From the NCBI GenBank assembly GCA_000002445.1, contig AL929603.2, positions 640,001 through 704,000 of the forward strand: a DNA stretch of 64,000 nt, read 5' to 3'. Every line of letters begins with the position of its first letter. Position 1 is the stretch's first letter. The DNA is from Trypanosoma brucei. Taxonomy: Eukaryota. The notes below the pieces were generated by a model. It saw only the letters and a program-made list of their open reading frames with translations, was not told the origin of the DNA and did no database searches. Below are positions 32,661 through 43,131 of the stretch, one piece after another. Position numbers and translations under genes: made by a program.

Positions 32661-33047
32661 GTGCGCGGCACAAACGCATGCGAATGGCGGTCGTTCTGCC
32701 ACGAAAGACGCTAAAAGCCTACGATTAAAAGCATGCGAATGGCACGCTTATCGACGAAACGGACGCGGTGGTGGAGTCACGCAACTCTCTTTGTCAGTGC
32801 TTTATAACGACGTTGTGTGGTAAGGGACGCCTATTACGGGCTGGGACCGTACAGGTATCACTCTTATATCATCTCATGGGTGGGTAAATTTCGCTCTCCC
32901 ATTATATCATTTCCTCCCTCAGAGTATTGCATCATTGTTCTAGTGTGTCGTGCTCCTATAGGCAAAAAGGGGGGGAAGCATCGCGGCGCTGCGACCAGAC
33001 ATTCATCTACTGATCTCATACCTGCACATACAAAGTAAGGCTCAACC

Positions 33048-34727
33048 ATGGAGGGGACGGAGTGCGGGACCGAACAAGCCAAAAGCTCCGTTCCGCTACG
33101 CACGCACAGCAACGAAAATCTGCTAAAGTTTGACACGCACGACAAATACTCAACTGTAGCATCCGTAAAGAAAGCGATCATGCGCAGTCTTCCACCACCG
33201 AAGACGAACGTACCACCACAACCGCTGTTCACCGGTTTGTTGCGTATGGCAAAGAGCCCTAACACGCCCCTCTTGTTCCTAGCATTTGAGACTCCCGAGC
33301 ACCGCGCGGCGGCAGCTGAAATGCTGAGCACAATGTCCTTCCGCGGGAGGAAGCCATGGCATGAAGTGCCCGTAACGCCACGAGACCTACAACTCACTTA
33401 CAAAGGTGCCGGCCGCAAGCGAGAGCGGACAGAAGATGCAGAGGGCCAAAGTAAGGTGACTCAATGGGGAGGCTGCCCAATGGAAGAACAACTGCAACGC
33501 AAAAAAAAGCACTGCTTGCAAGTAATGAGAGCTATAACCCTCGGCGGGGGCAGCGAATATGAGAAACTCTTCACGGGAATTCACCCTAGCCCGCATCAGA
33601 CAGGTTACCGAAATCACGTTCAGTTTACATTTGGCTTTACGGAAGCTGGAGAAGCAACGATTGGGTTTTTGAAAGGTTCTGTAATTGATGGGATATACGC
33701 CATTGAGTCTGTCTTGGAGAAAGATATTGAAACGGTAAATCCTCTTGCAAAGTTGGTGGCAGATGCGGTCATGACGGTCTATCACTTGTTCAAACCATTA
33801 GAGAAGGGTGGGCTGGAGGTCTACGACAAAATCAAAGAGGAGGGTTTTTGGCGTCGCCTCCAGGTGAGGCATAATGTGCTCGGAGAGGTTATGGTGGATG
33901 CCGAAATGGATACTGAAAGTGTGGCGGAGGATATTGTGGCGAGTGTCAAAGCACAGCTCGTAGCTGCGTTGCAGGGCGAAACGTTGAGGAAGAAACTTTG
34001 CGCTGCGCATGGCAAAGATACGGCAAATATCGTGAGTGTGCAGTACCACCATGGGACGGGTATGAACCCTGCACCTCCTGAAGCTCCTCGGCACGTTCTC
34101 TTCGGGAGTGCAACACTTACTGAGCATCTCTTGGGGCTGCAGTTTGAACTTAGCCCCACATCCTTTTTTCAGGTGAACACAGCCGGGATGGAGCTGCTAC
34201 TGCGCGAAACCGTGGCGGTAGCGGAGCTGACCCCCGAAACGACACTATTGGACCTCTGCTGTGGCACTGGAACGATTGGAATTGCCCTGGCCAAACACGT
34301 GAAACGGGTGATTGGTATTGAGCTTGTGGAATCGGCAGTGCGTGACGCCCGCCTGAATGCTGAGCGCAACGGCGTGAGGAATGCCACGTTCAACTGTGGT
34401 CGTGTAGAGCATCTCCTGCCCAGTGTTATTAGCCAGTTGAGTCCAGAAGATCGTAAGGACATCGTGGCGATACTCGACCCACCGCGTGCGGGCGTGACGC
34501 CAACGGTGCTAAAGTGGATACGCGGAACCGCTACAATACGCCGTCTTGTGTATATCTCGTGTGAACAGAAAGCCCTACAGCGGGATTGCCCACCGCTAAC
34601 GAAACCGGCGACGAAAGCCTACAGAGAATCTCCGTTTAACGTTGTGGCAGGATTTGCTATTGATATGTTCCCACATACACCACACGTCGAAATGGTGGCC
34701 GTCCTTTCCAGAAGTAATAGCTCATAA
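33048..34727 (+). CDS. SAM-dependent RNA (uracil-5)-methyltransferase, TrmA/TRM2/RlmD family, 559 aa
   Basis: The SAM-binding motif LDLCCGTGTIG is present. The downstream DPPRAG motif and the nucleophile-Cys motif RLVYISCEQ (compare TrmA VYVSCNP) are also present, along with a long N-terminal extension. Confidence 0.8.
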   Translation: MEGTECGTEQAKSSVPLRTHSNENLLKFDTHDKYSTVASVKKAIMRSLPPPKTNVPPQPLFTGLLRMAKSPNTPLLFLAFETPEHRAAAAEMLSTMSFRGRKPWHEVPVTPRDLQLTYKGAGRKRERTEDAEGQSKVTQWGGCPMEEQLQRKKKHCLQVMRAITLGGGSEYEKLFTGIHPSPHQTGYRNHVQFTFGFTEAGEATIGFLKGSVIDGIYAIESVLEKDIETVNPLAKLVADAVMTVYHLFKPLEKGGLEVYDKIKEEGFWRRLQVRHNVLGEVMVDAEMDTESVAEDIVASVKAQLVAALQGETLRKKLCAAHGKDTANIVSVQYHHGTGMNPAPPEAPRHVLFGSATLTEHLLGLQFELSPTSFFQVNTAGMELLLRETVAVAELTPETTLLDLCCGTGTIGIALAKHVKRVIGIELVESAVRDARLNAERNGVRNATFNCGRVEHLLPSVISQLSPEDRKDIVAILDPPRAGVTPTVLKWIRGTATIRRLVYISCEQKALQRDCPPLTKPATKAYRESPFNVVAGFAIDMFPHTPHVEMVAVLSRSNSS

Positions 34728-35200
34728 CACTTGAGCTCACACATACTACGGGAACTGTTGTTTTTCTTTTTTCCTTCCCCCGTGGGGAAAGAGCCGTCGC
34801 TTTCATATTATTTTTTCGTCTTCAAGGGTAGGGCCGCGCCACCCCTTACCGCTGTTCCCGTCCTCCTCGTTTAACCGTCGAGCACTCATTGCATATTTTC
34901 TTTTCATAATAACGGTGTAATGTAAGAAGGGAAATCGAATGTTGCCCAGAGGTGGGCAGCGACGGGCATCCCTTGCGGAAACAAAACTTTGGTCTCCCCT
35001 TCTCCATACACCATACCATCATCTGCATCACAATCCTCCACGCATACGGTTTACCCCCACTTCCCCGTCCTCTCGCTCCTATGATGCGCTTATGTCTGTG
35101 CCTCGTTAGTGCGGCCACGACTAGAGAAGGAAAGGAAAGACATCTGCGTCGGCTATCTCACGTTATCACCACCGCCCTCCTTCCCCGCCAGTAGAAAGCG

Positions 35201-36454
35201 TTGAAAAGAGCGATGTCTGCGTGGGCCTCTGGAGATACACTAGAGAGGTTGAAGCTAAAGCCCGAAACTGCTCCTAGCAATAGGGGTAACGGTCGGCAGG
35301 CGTCCGCTGACGCCACGAGCAGCACCTCAGTTAAGGCAACTAGTAATGCGGATGCCGAAGGTGTTGTGCAAGCCTCCATGGCTGCAACAATAGCCTCCAC
35401 CAATAAAAACAAAAACAAGAAAGCATTGGAAGGCAAGGTATCGAAAAAGAATGCCCCTAAAAACACAGCCCACACTGCGGATGAAAAACAGCCACCCACA
35501 CAGGAACAGACAGCATCGTCCTCTGGGGGTGCGAAGCGGAACGAGCCAAAGAAAGGGGCGTCTGACTCCCGTGACTGTCCCGTTACACTTCCAAGCGACG
35601 TAGCAGAGCTTGTAGTGAATGCATTCACATTCATCGGCACCGTGCAAGCACTGAGGGCGGGAACAAGTACGGATGGAAGGGAGTCGATGCTCTCTGCGGC
35701 GGTTAGGGCACCAGAGTTCGTGCCACAACGCAGGGATTACGCCGTGCAGAACGCCACGTCGGGCAGCGACACCCAACATGTGGGCGAGCTTGCCAGTAAC
35801 GCCTACCCGATGCATCATCACCACCACCATCACCACTATCAGCTGCACCAACAACAAAAGCAACCGCAGCACACGCCGCTGGTATCGACCTCGCGGGTGC
35901 AACAACAGGAACAACCACCGTGGGCACCCTACTACAATGACCAGCAGCACCGACAGCATCACAGCGTGCACCACCATCGCCATCAGCAGCAGCAACAACA
36001 GCTAGCGTACGGTCAACCCGACTGCACGACGGGAAAGATGTACCACGATGCATACAGCCCTGTAGACTACGATATGAATCTTTGTGCTGCACCTCCGTAC
36101 TCGCGCATGTACAGCGGGTATCCCGGAATGTGCATGGGCGCCAACATGCTCCCCAACATGAGCGGTTACGGTGGACTTGCCCTCCGCCGACCTTTACCGT
36201 ACTTTCCACAGCAACAGAATCAAGTGACTGCCTACAAGTCAACCCATGTTGGCCAACAGCAGCCGTGGATGCGCAATGACAGTGGTCCGTCTAATGCTAG
36301 GAAAGGAAGTGGTGCGGGTCAATGGTATCCGGGGGGACAAGCCGGCTTTAACGATGCCTTGAGTGTGTGGAATCAGCAGCGGAACGCCGGAAACTGGGCA
36401 AGGCAGGCGGAGCAAAGTGGGCCAGCGGGAGCGCACACATCTTCCGCACCATGA
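35201..36454 (+). CDS. Low-complexity His/Gln-rich protein, 417 aa (hypothetical)
   Basis: It contains HHHHHHHHYQLHQQQKQPQH, HRQHHSVHHHRHQQQQQQ and a Gly/Pro/Tyr/Met-rich C-terminus. It is a long ORF in the same orientation as its neighbours. Confidence 0.5.
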   Translation: MKRAMSAWASGDTLERLKLKPETAPSNRGNGRQASADATSSTSVKATSNADAEGVVQASMAATIASTNKNKNKKALEGKVSKKNAPKNTAHTADEKQPPTQEQTASSSGGAKRNEPKKGASDSRDCPVTLPSDVAELVVNAFTFIGTVQALRAGTSTDGRESMLSAAVRAPEFVPQRRDYAVQNATSGSDTQHVGELASNAYPMHHHHHHHHYQLHQQQKQPQHTPLVSTSRVQQQEQPPWAPYYNDQQHRQHHSVHHHRHQQQQQQLAYGQPDCTTGKMYHDAYSPVDYDMNLCAAPPYSRMYSGYPGMCMGANMLPNMSGYGGLALRRPLPYFPQQQNQVTAYKSTHVGQQQPWMRNDSGPSNARKGSGAGQWYPGGQAGFNDALSVWNQQRNAGNWARQAEQSGPAGAHTSSAP

Positions 36455-36814
36455 GAAACGCCTCGATATAATAATAACTTAAAATACAAAAGGAAACGAA
36501 AAACAATGGATGAATATAAGTGGGGAAACAATAAAGTAGCGGAAGAGTCTAAGGAGAAAGAGAAGAAACGAGCAGGGTGAGAATGGGGGGAAAAGAGATA
36601 AATAAAACGGGTGGAGAAAAGAAGTGTTGGGAGTACCATCGCAGGAGTTTTTCAAAAGAAAAAAGGGAGCAAAAAGTAATTTGTGTTGATTTACACGTGG
36701 TGGTTTCCTTTCTTCTGTACCTGTCCTGTTCTTTTCTTCCCCATTTTAACTTTTTCACCCCTATTTGTTCATTCCTTTCGCCGACGCCAAAAGTTGTTGG
36801 ACGTAACAAATATC

Positions 36815-36860
36815 TTCCCCTCCCCCCCCCTTCCTCTTCACCTCTCACCCCCCCCCCCCA
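36815..36860. repeat. Two C homopolymers (C9-C12) in intergenic DNA, G-runs on the opposite strand
   Basis: A direct read of cttcccctccccccccc...cacccccccccccc. Confidence 0.9.
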
Positions 36861-37294
36861 ATCCCTTGTTCGCTACTTCTCTTATTGGTGATCTTCTTAC
36901 GGTATATTTTATGTATTTGTGTCACGAGTGGTGGTGAAACTGGGGTGGGGAAGGAAAGAGTGGTTCTAGGTCGATTGTTGTGATAGGGATGATTAAATAA
37001 ATAAAAGGAGGGTATGAATGAAGGAGCGGAAAAGGTTTGGAGGCAGGAACTCTTGTTTGTTTATGGGTGTTAATTGTTACCTTCAGTGTCCAAGCATGCA
37101 ACTAGTGAAGGTAGGGAAAGGAGTGGAGGAAAGTAAGGGGAAAAAACTTGGGGTTATTTTTCCATTATGAGCTAAGAAATGGTGATGGAAGATTGAATAC
37201 CCAAAGATAGGTAACATGAGAAAGAAACAGGTTTCACACGCTCATACACCCCTTCATTTCGTTTGCTTCTCCATCTTCGGCTTGCCTGCCAGCA

Positions 37295-37322
37295 CACCCC
37301 CCCCCCCACACACACACACACA
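37295..37322. repeat. C11 run followed by a (CA)8 microsatellite
   Basis: A direct read of acacccccccccccacacacacacacacaag. Confidence 0.9.
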
Positions 37323-37729
37323 AGCCCGTCATTTGGGTCTCGCTTACTCGCAAACGCTCGCTTCCTCAACCTACGCATACATACATATATATTTATACAT
37401 ATACGACACGTGTTTGTGTTTGATGTGGTTCACATCCTTGCACTCGTCTTCTTTCGTACACCCATCATTGATTACCCTCTTTTAAAGGGGAGAGTGGGTG
37501 TTGAAGGAATTGGGCTAATAAAACTTGTTGCAATGCCTGTGCGTATGTGTTTGTACACGTGCACACAGCTTCGTAAATCTCCCCCTCGCCACCCCCTGCT
37601 GGAGTGTGTCTTTAGGTCTCCAAGGAGAAAAAATAATCCTTCTTACTTGCATTCCCGTAGTAAACGGACCCAGTCAAAGGGGTACGCAGAATTAGGAACC
37701 ACGGCGTTTCCGGCGTATAACGACAGCAG

Positions 37730-38611
37730 TTGATACAGAAACGCAAGCAGCACAACACCACCTTCATGTCTGCTGAGTCCATATACCGCGATGCGGAGAA
37801 GAAGCTCAAGAAGTGGTTCTTCGTGGACTACGATGAAGCGATGGAATTGTTTGAAAAAGCCGCTGGCCGTTTCAAAGCGGAGAGAAACTACAGCCGTGCC
37901 GGCGATGCCTTCATGAAGGCACATGACTGCGCTATGAGATCTAAGAACCCCGTTGCCGCCGGACGCTTCTGTTCGGAAGCGGTGGTTATGTACCAAAAGA
38001 CCGACAGAACCAAAGCCGCGGCGCTGCTAGACATGGCCGTGCGTACGCAGATTGACAACAACAAGCTGCGTGAGGCGGCTAAACTGGAGAAGGATTACGC
38101 CGACGCGATTTACGAAGACGGGCACGGGATGGAAGCCATCACTCACTACGAAAAGGCGCGGCGGTACTTCGACGCGGAGGATTACAAATCTCAGGTGAAG
38201 AACTGTGACGTCGCCATAGCAAATATATACGGTGAGAATGATATGTTTGACAAGGCCCTAGCACTGTTTGAGCGACTCGGCAACACAAGTGCGAGTGGTC
38301 CGCTACGCCACGAAGCGAAAGAATTCTATATGCGGGCCATGCTCTGCCGTCTTGCTTCAATTGGAGAGGACAACCGAGAGGTAGGCTCTGCAGAGGCAGC
38401 GGAAGCGCTCAGCGCGTACATGAAGCGAGACCCGTACTTGAAGAATACACGGGAGGCGGAGTCTTTGCAGAAACTTTTGGAGGCAGTAGAAGAGTCGAAC
38501 GAAGAAAAGTTTGAGGATGCCGTTTCACTTCTTCAAGAACTCCGCATGCTAGACGAATGGAAAACGCACGTGCTTCTTGTGGTGAAGAACAAAATGAGTA
38601 GTCTGTTGTAG
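37730..38611 (+). CDS. Soluble NSF attachment protein (alpha-SNAP), 293 aa. An alternative start at 37766 gives 281 aa.
   Basis: The N-terminal AEKKLKKWFF...ELFEKAAGRFKAE...AGDAFMKAHD matches the conserved alpha-SNAP/Sec17 N-terminal TPR-like helices. The length is typical of the family. Confidence 0.75.
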   Translation: MIQKRKQHNTTFMSAESIYRDAEKKLKKWFFVDYDEAMELFEKAAGRFKAERNYSRAGDAFMKAHDCAMRSKNPVAAGRFCSEAVVMYQKTDRTKAAALLDMAVRTQIDNNKLREAAKLEKDYADAIYEDGHGMEAITHYEKARRYFDAEDYKSQVKNCDVAIANIYGENDMFDKALALFERLGNTSASGPLRHEAKEFYMRAMLCRLASIGEDNREVGSAEAAEALSAYMKRDPYLKNTREAESLQKLLEAVEESNEEKFEDAVSLLQELRMLDEWKTHVLLVVKNKMSSLL

Positions 38612-38806
38612 GGTGGAGTTCCACCCCTTGAAGTTGTGAGGAAGTATGGAAGGGGTCGATAGCAGGGGGACGGGCACCTCTTTTGCCATAGCTTTCTCAA
38701 CAACTTCACTGGCACACCATTCTTCGACAGAGTATTATTTTACAGTTGGCATTGCTACTTTTCTCTCCGTTTTTTTTTCCTGGCGGTAATCACGCCTTTT
38801 CGCTCT

Positions 38807-38825
38807 GCCCCGCCCCCCCCCCCCC
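38807..38825. repeat. C13 homopolymer
   Basis: A direct read. Confidence 0.9.
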
Positions 38826-39152
38826 TCTCCTTTGAAAACTGCTTGTAACGCCGCCGTCCCGTGTCTTCAGCAGGAAGTACGAGTTAGCTCAAGCCTCAGG
38901 AAGAGCTAGTTTTTTACTTTATACACCCAACTTACCACAACCAGGGAGAAAAAAACTAAAAGGACAAATGTGGTAGATCGTCTTATTCCAGTGATGCGTG
39001 AAATAACCTTTCGATCCATCCTGTTTACACTTGAGCTCCCACCATTGTATTGTATCTTCCCAACCCCCTTCGCATGATTGAGACCCCTCTCATTTATGTC
39101 TGCTTTTTTTTTTTCGTCCATCTTCGCACGCATAATTCACAAGCCATAGACA

Positions 39153-42100
39153 ATGAGGCGCACTCAGGTTCGAAATAGTCGCCTCCATGACATAAAAGAC
39201 TCACCGTCTAACGAAGCGGAAGTGCAAGCTGTGCTCGCAGCTGCCAAAGCATCAGAGGGTGATGCATGGAATGCAGTCCGTTTGCTTGCCGGCTGTGCAC
39301 GTTGCACGCTACAAGCGGGTCGTGGACACCTTGCACTTCCGCTTATAGTTGCATCTTTTGAGCTGTCACCCGAGCCCTTTAGGCAACTGGTCGGCTTACA
39401 ACAGCTGACGGTTGATGGCTCTCAACAGCAGATACTTCAGGAAATCGCCGAGAATGACGCATTCACAAAAAACGAAAGGGGGGCAAACGGCATTATGTCC
39501 ACAGTTTTGATCGTTTGGCATGGTGTGGTGGTCTCCGTTGCTCAGAATGGCAGTTGTCCAAAAGACTTCCTTCGATTTTCACACTGCATTGCGCACTTGC
39601 TCTCGCTCCTACCGGGTGCAGATGGAGTCGTTCACGAGGATCTGTCCGCGTGCTGGTTGTACAATATTATTATGTTCGCACACAAGTGTAAGTGCATGAA
39701 GGCGGTGGCACATTATCTGCTTGAAGGAATGTTGGCAGACGTTAGTGAGCTTCCAGAGGACTTGCGCGACGCAAGCACGCTTCAATCCCTCCCCTTCGCC
39801 TTCAGAAAATGGGGCGCGGCGAAGGCTTTTGTCCACGCAGGTGTCCGCAAGCACGCGGTAGCGACCATGTTTAAAAGGCTTTGTTTAGCTCTCTATACGG
39901 AGGGGTGTGACGATTTGCGGACAGTGCAGAGAGAAATCGATTCCAGGGCTCTCGCCGTGACAAATGCTCTCCAGCAGACCTTTGGCAGCGAAACATCGCA
40001 CTACATGGTAGACTTCCACCGCCCACTCCGCATGGAAGCACAACATATAGCTCTTTTGTGTCAACATGCGATGGACGAGGACCAACTCTGCACGCCGCGC
40101 GGACAATTTGGTTGTATCCGCCTAGCGTGTCTCTTGAAGAGGGCAGCAAACAAAATCATGGCTCCAACCATGAACGAGTGCAAGTTGGTGTCGCTCTCCA
40201 GTGTGGTGGCGCTCGCGTTGAGGCACCAATACATTGACATAGCAGCGGAGATACTGCAGACGGGTGTCGAAACTGTGGATCCATCTGATGAATCGCTGCT
40301 TCTGTGGGGAAAAGATTTAGAGCTCGTTCTTGCGCAAAACCTGTCGGCACACCTACCGGCGGCAGCGCAATGTCCAGTTAAGCCAGTCGAAAGGGCTCGC
40401 GACGAGGCTAGCTCTGGTGTTGACGACAAGGTGGGAGTAGGGACGGTGGGGGCACCGGAACCGACACAACTCCTCCACGAAGTTGTGCAGGGGAGTCTCA
40501 GCGACGCAGAGGCCGTGCGCGTTCTTGCACTTGCCGACGACTTAACACAACTGCTCCCGATAGGGCTGACACTCCTCCGTGGCCGAGGCACATTACAACA
40601 GCGATTGCTAGCTGACAAGATTGCCGTGCCGTTCGTCATTGGCGCCTTGGCTCGACTTGTTCAGTTGCTTGTAAATGAAGGGGACATGCCGCTCGTGAGG
40701 TGTTTTCTACCATTCATTGCTCACCTCTGTGTGGGAGTCCCATCGCGTGCCCATCTGTTATTTACGCTTCAGGCAATCGCCGCTTTTGCGAAGGGTTTCC
40801 CAGGTGACACGGGGGAGTGGGCCTCCATTGCGTCAGCTCTCAGTCAGTTCTCGCCACTACGGTCGATAGATGCGGCGCCATCCTACTGTCATACCAAGGC
40901 AATTACGACAGGGCGCACATTTGCCTCTCGGCGCCGCGTATTTGATGCGCTCCGCGTCTGTAGAAAGACACCCAAAACGATGATGCATTCCTATTGCCAG
41001 GTTCAGGTGTCTCTGCTGGGGGAGGGAGGGGGAGTTCGGCTGCTTCGCACCACCCACGTCAGGACAACGGCTGATACCCGTTGGGAAAAGGTGTTACGGA
41101 TTGAGTATCTACTGCTACAGTTAGTGGAAGAAATGAAGATCATTGAGCGACGGAACCGAGATCATTTGCGTTCGACTGATCAGGGGGAGTCTCCTTTGTG
41201 CGAAGATCTGCCAGTATCTTCGTTGCGCTCCGATATTAGTGTCGGACCCGTGTGTTGTAGCGTAGGCGGCGCACAGGATGCGAGAAAAGCACGGGAGGAA
41301 TGGTGGAACGAGCGGCGGGCGCTGGACCGATCCATCGGGGCGGTGGTCCAATCCATGCAGTCCCCGGAGGGATTTGGCTGTTGGCGGGCGGCACTGTGCG
41401 GCGAGCTTCCCGATTCCTGTCAAGTAGCCGTGTGGGACGCAACAAAAGAACTGCTCTCAGGTTTGGGTTTACCTGCGCAGCACGAGGGTGATGTATCGCT
41501 GGTGCTTGCAGCACTCCCCTTCGTGGGAGACCGGCACCCGGAGGACGGCGACTTGTTATTCAACCCGTCACACGTTGGACCCACGAATCCCTGCGGCTGC
41601 TGCGATGAAACGTTGAGGAGGCTCTCCACGGCACTTGAGCAAGAGCTGATTACCCACCTGGATGCAAAGTTAGTTAATGAACCTACTGCGTGCCGGAAAG
41701 CTTGCTTACATGTGCTCACAGCAATGCATGCCGTGATATCGGAAAAGAAATGTAACCAGCCGGTGGATCACGGGGGGGAACCAGAAAAACGGTTGACGGA
41801 CGGATGCTATCACGTGAATTTGTATGAAATCCCTCGCACACCTGTATATTTAGTTCTTGATAATGAGCTCCACTGCCTTCCCTTCGAAGGTATTGATGTT
41901 CTCCGTCACGGCAGCGTCTCTCGCGTCCCGACTGTTTCATTCGTTTCGACTTTTACGAGCACCCTTGGCCAGCGAAATGATTCCTGTCACTCAAGCGGTG
42001 ATTACATCGAAAAGGGAGGAAAAAATGCGGCTGGTTGCGCAGGAACGGTGTGCTGTGTTATTGATCCGGCGGGAGTTATGTCCAAGACATTGAGGCGGCT

Positions 42101-42632
42101 CCTCCCACTGTGCAGTCGAAAGGGCTGGGTTGTGAAATCGCACAATTCGCCGCCCTCAGCGCGTTTGCTGAGAGAAATGTACAGGGCAGGTGTGCGATTG
42201 TATGTGTATGTCGGTCACGGAAAGGGAGAGCAAATTATTCAACGCGGGGAATTGTATGAGCGCGTCCCTGATCCTGCGAATTTCCCTTCTGTGTTCTTGA
42301 TGGGCTGTAGCAGCGCTTACATGGATGGGGGACTGACGTACGATTGCTATGGTATGCCCTACGCCTTTCTGCACGCAGGGGCGCCACTCTTCGTTGGTTG
42401 TCTATGGCATGTCACAGATGGGGAAATCGACCGTCTGACAAAGCGTTTGCTGTCATTTGTTTCATACGGAGGGGGCAGTGGCGATGACTTCGGCGTTTGC
42501 CGCACCATGGCAGCTGGTGAAGCCTTGCGTCTTGCGCGCAAGTCATGCAAACTGCCCTACCTGACGGGGTGCGCCACAGTCCTTTACGGCATGAACCTCC
42601 CGCTTGGGGGTACACCGGGTGGAGCGATGTGA
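39153..42632 (+). CDS. Separase (peptidase C50), 1159 aa
   Basis: The C-terminal caspase-like catalytic dyad motifs are YVYVGHGKGEQ (His) and VFLMGCSSAYM (Cys). A long helical N-terminal region precedes them, and the size fits kinetoplastid separase. Confidence 0.8.
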   Translation: MRRTQVRNSRLHDIKDSPSNEAEVQAVLAAAKASEGDAWNAVRLLAGCARCTLQAGRGHLALPLIVASFELSPEPFRQLVGLQQLTVDGSQQQILQEIAENDAFTKNERGANGIMSTVLIVWHGVVVSVAQNGSCPKDFLRFSHCIAHLLSLLPGADGVVHEDLSACWLYNIIMFAHKCKCMKAVAHYLLEGMLADVSELPEDLRDASTLQSLPFAFRKWGAAKAFVHAGVRKHAVATMFKRLCLALYTEGCDDLRTVQREIDSRALAVTNALQQTFGSETSHYMVDFHRPLRMEAQHIALLCQHAMDEDQLCTPRGQFGCIRLACLLKRAANKIMAPTMNECKLVSLSSVVALALRHQYIDIAAEILQTGVETVDPSDESLLLWGKDLELVLAQNLSAHLPAAAQCPVKPVERARDEASSGVDDKVGVGTVGAPEPTQLLHEVVQGSLSDAEAVRVLALADDLTQLLPIGLTLLRGRGTLQQRLLADKIAVPFVIGALARLVQLLVNEGDMPLVRCFLPFIAHLCVGVPSRAHLLFTLQAIAAFAKGFPGDTGEWASIASALSQFSPLRSIDAAPSYCHTKAITTGRTFASRRRVFDALRVCRKTPKTMMHSYCQVQVSLLGEGGGVRLLRTTHVRTTADTRWEKVLRIEYLLLQLVEEMKIIERRNRDHLRSTDQGESPLCEDLPVSSLRSDISVGPVCCSVGGAQDARKAREEWWNERRALDRSIGAVVQSMQSPEGFGCWRAALCGELPDSCQVAVWDATKELLSGLGLPAQHEGDVSLVLAALPFVGDRHPEDGDLLFNPSHVGPTNPCGCCDETLRRLSTALEQELITHLDAKLVNEPTACRKACLHVLTAMHAVISEKKCNQPVDHGGEPEKRLTDGCYHVNLYEIPRTPVYLVLDNELHCLPFEGIDVLRHGSVSRVPTVSFVSTFTSTLGQRNDSCHSSGDYIEKGGKNAAGCAGTVCCVIDPAGVMSKTLRRLLPLCSRKGWVVKSHNSPPSARLLREMYRAGVRLYVYVGHGKGEQIIQRGELYERVPDPANFPSVFLMGCSSAYMDGGLTYDCYGMPYAFLHAGAPLFVGCLWHVTDGEIDRLTKRLLSFVSYGGGSGDDFGVCRTMAAGEALRLARKSCKLPYLTGCATVLYGMNLPLGGTPGGAM

Positions 42633-43131
42633 CCTCCGATCTGCCTTGTTAGCTCGGGCCCAACATTTGATATATTCACCTTTGCACGTGCATGCACACG
42701 CATGCCTGCATATGCGTGTGGTGAGAAAACGAACGGAGCCCGCATTCTTGAGTTGCACAGTTGTACGACCCACCCAACCTATCCCATACCTTCACCTGTG
42801 CGGGTGGGGGCGCATTGCTCGTCGAATCAAAAGAGGACGGCGGCGGTTTTCGTTCTCCTCCCCCCCCCTCCCGATTCCTCTGTATTGCACAACAATACGC
42901 AGTGAACATTGCGCGCACGTGGGAGTGAATATCCACTTCTGTTATCATATTGTTCATCTAGCACCCCTCTGAATCTTGATTATTTCTTCTCAACATTCTT
43001 TTGGCAGCTTTTAAATTCCCTCCGCTGTCATAATATCAAGTAATAGACAAAAAAGGAAGCGAGGCAGGTAGGTAGATAGGGAAAGGCCGATACCCACCTA
43101 CCCATCCTACCTCCCACCATCAAGGAGACGG

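Noticed and set aside
35327-36242. Minus-strand ORFs of 223 aa and 179 aa inside the His/Gln-rich gene
   Set aside because: They are mirror ORFs generated by the CAG/CAC/CAT repeats, whose antisense CTG/GTG/ATG lacks stops. Both are low-complexity (poly-Leu/Val/Met).
37216-37733. ORFs of 89 aa and 156 aa in the spacer upstream of the alpha-SNAP gene
   Set aside because: They run through the poly-C/(CA)n tract and pyrimidine-rich UTR sequence and have low-complexity translations (HTHTHTSPSFGSRLL...). This is more likely 3' UTR or processing-signal DNA.
40061-40639. A 192-aa minus-strand ORF inside separase
   Set aside because: It is an antisense by-product of a GC-rich CDS with Ser/Ala/Arg-rich translation. 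The plus-strand frame carries the conserved separase motifs.
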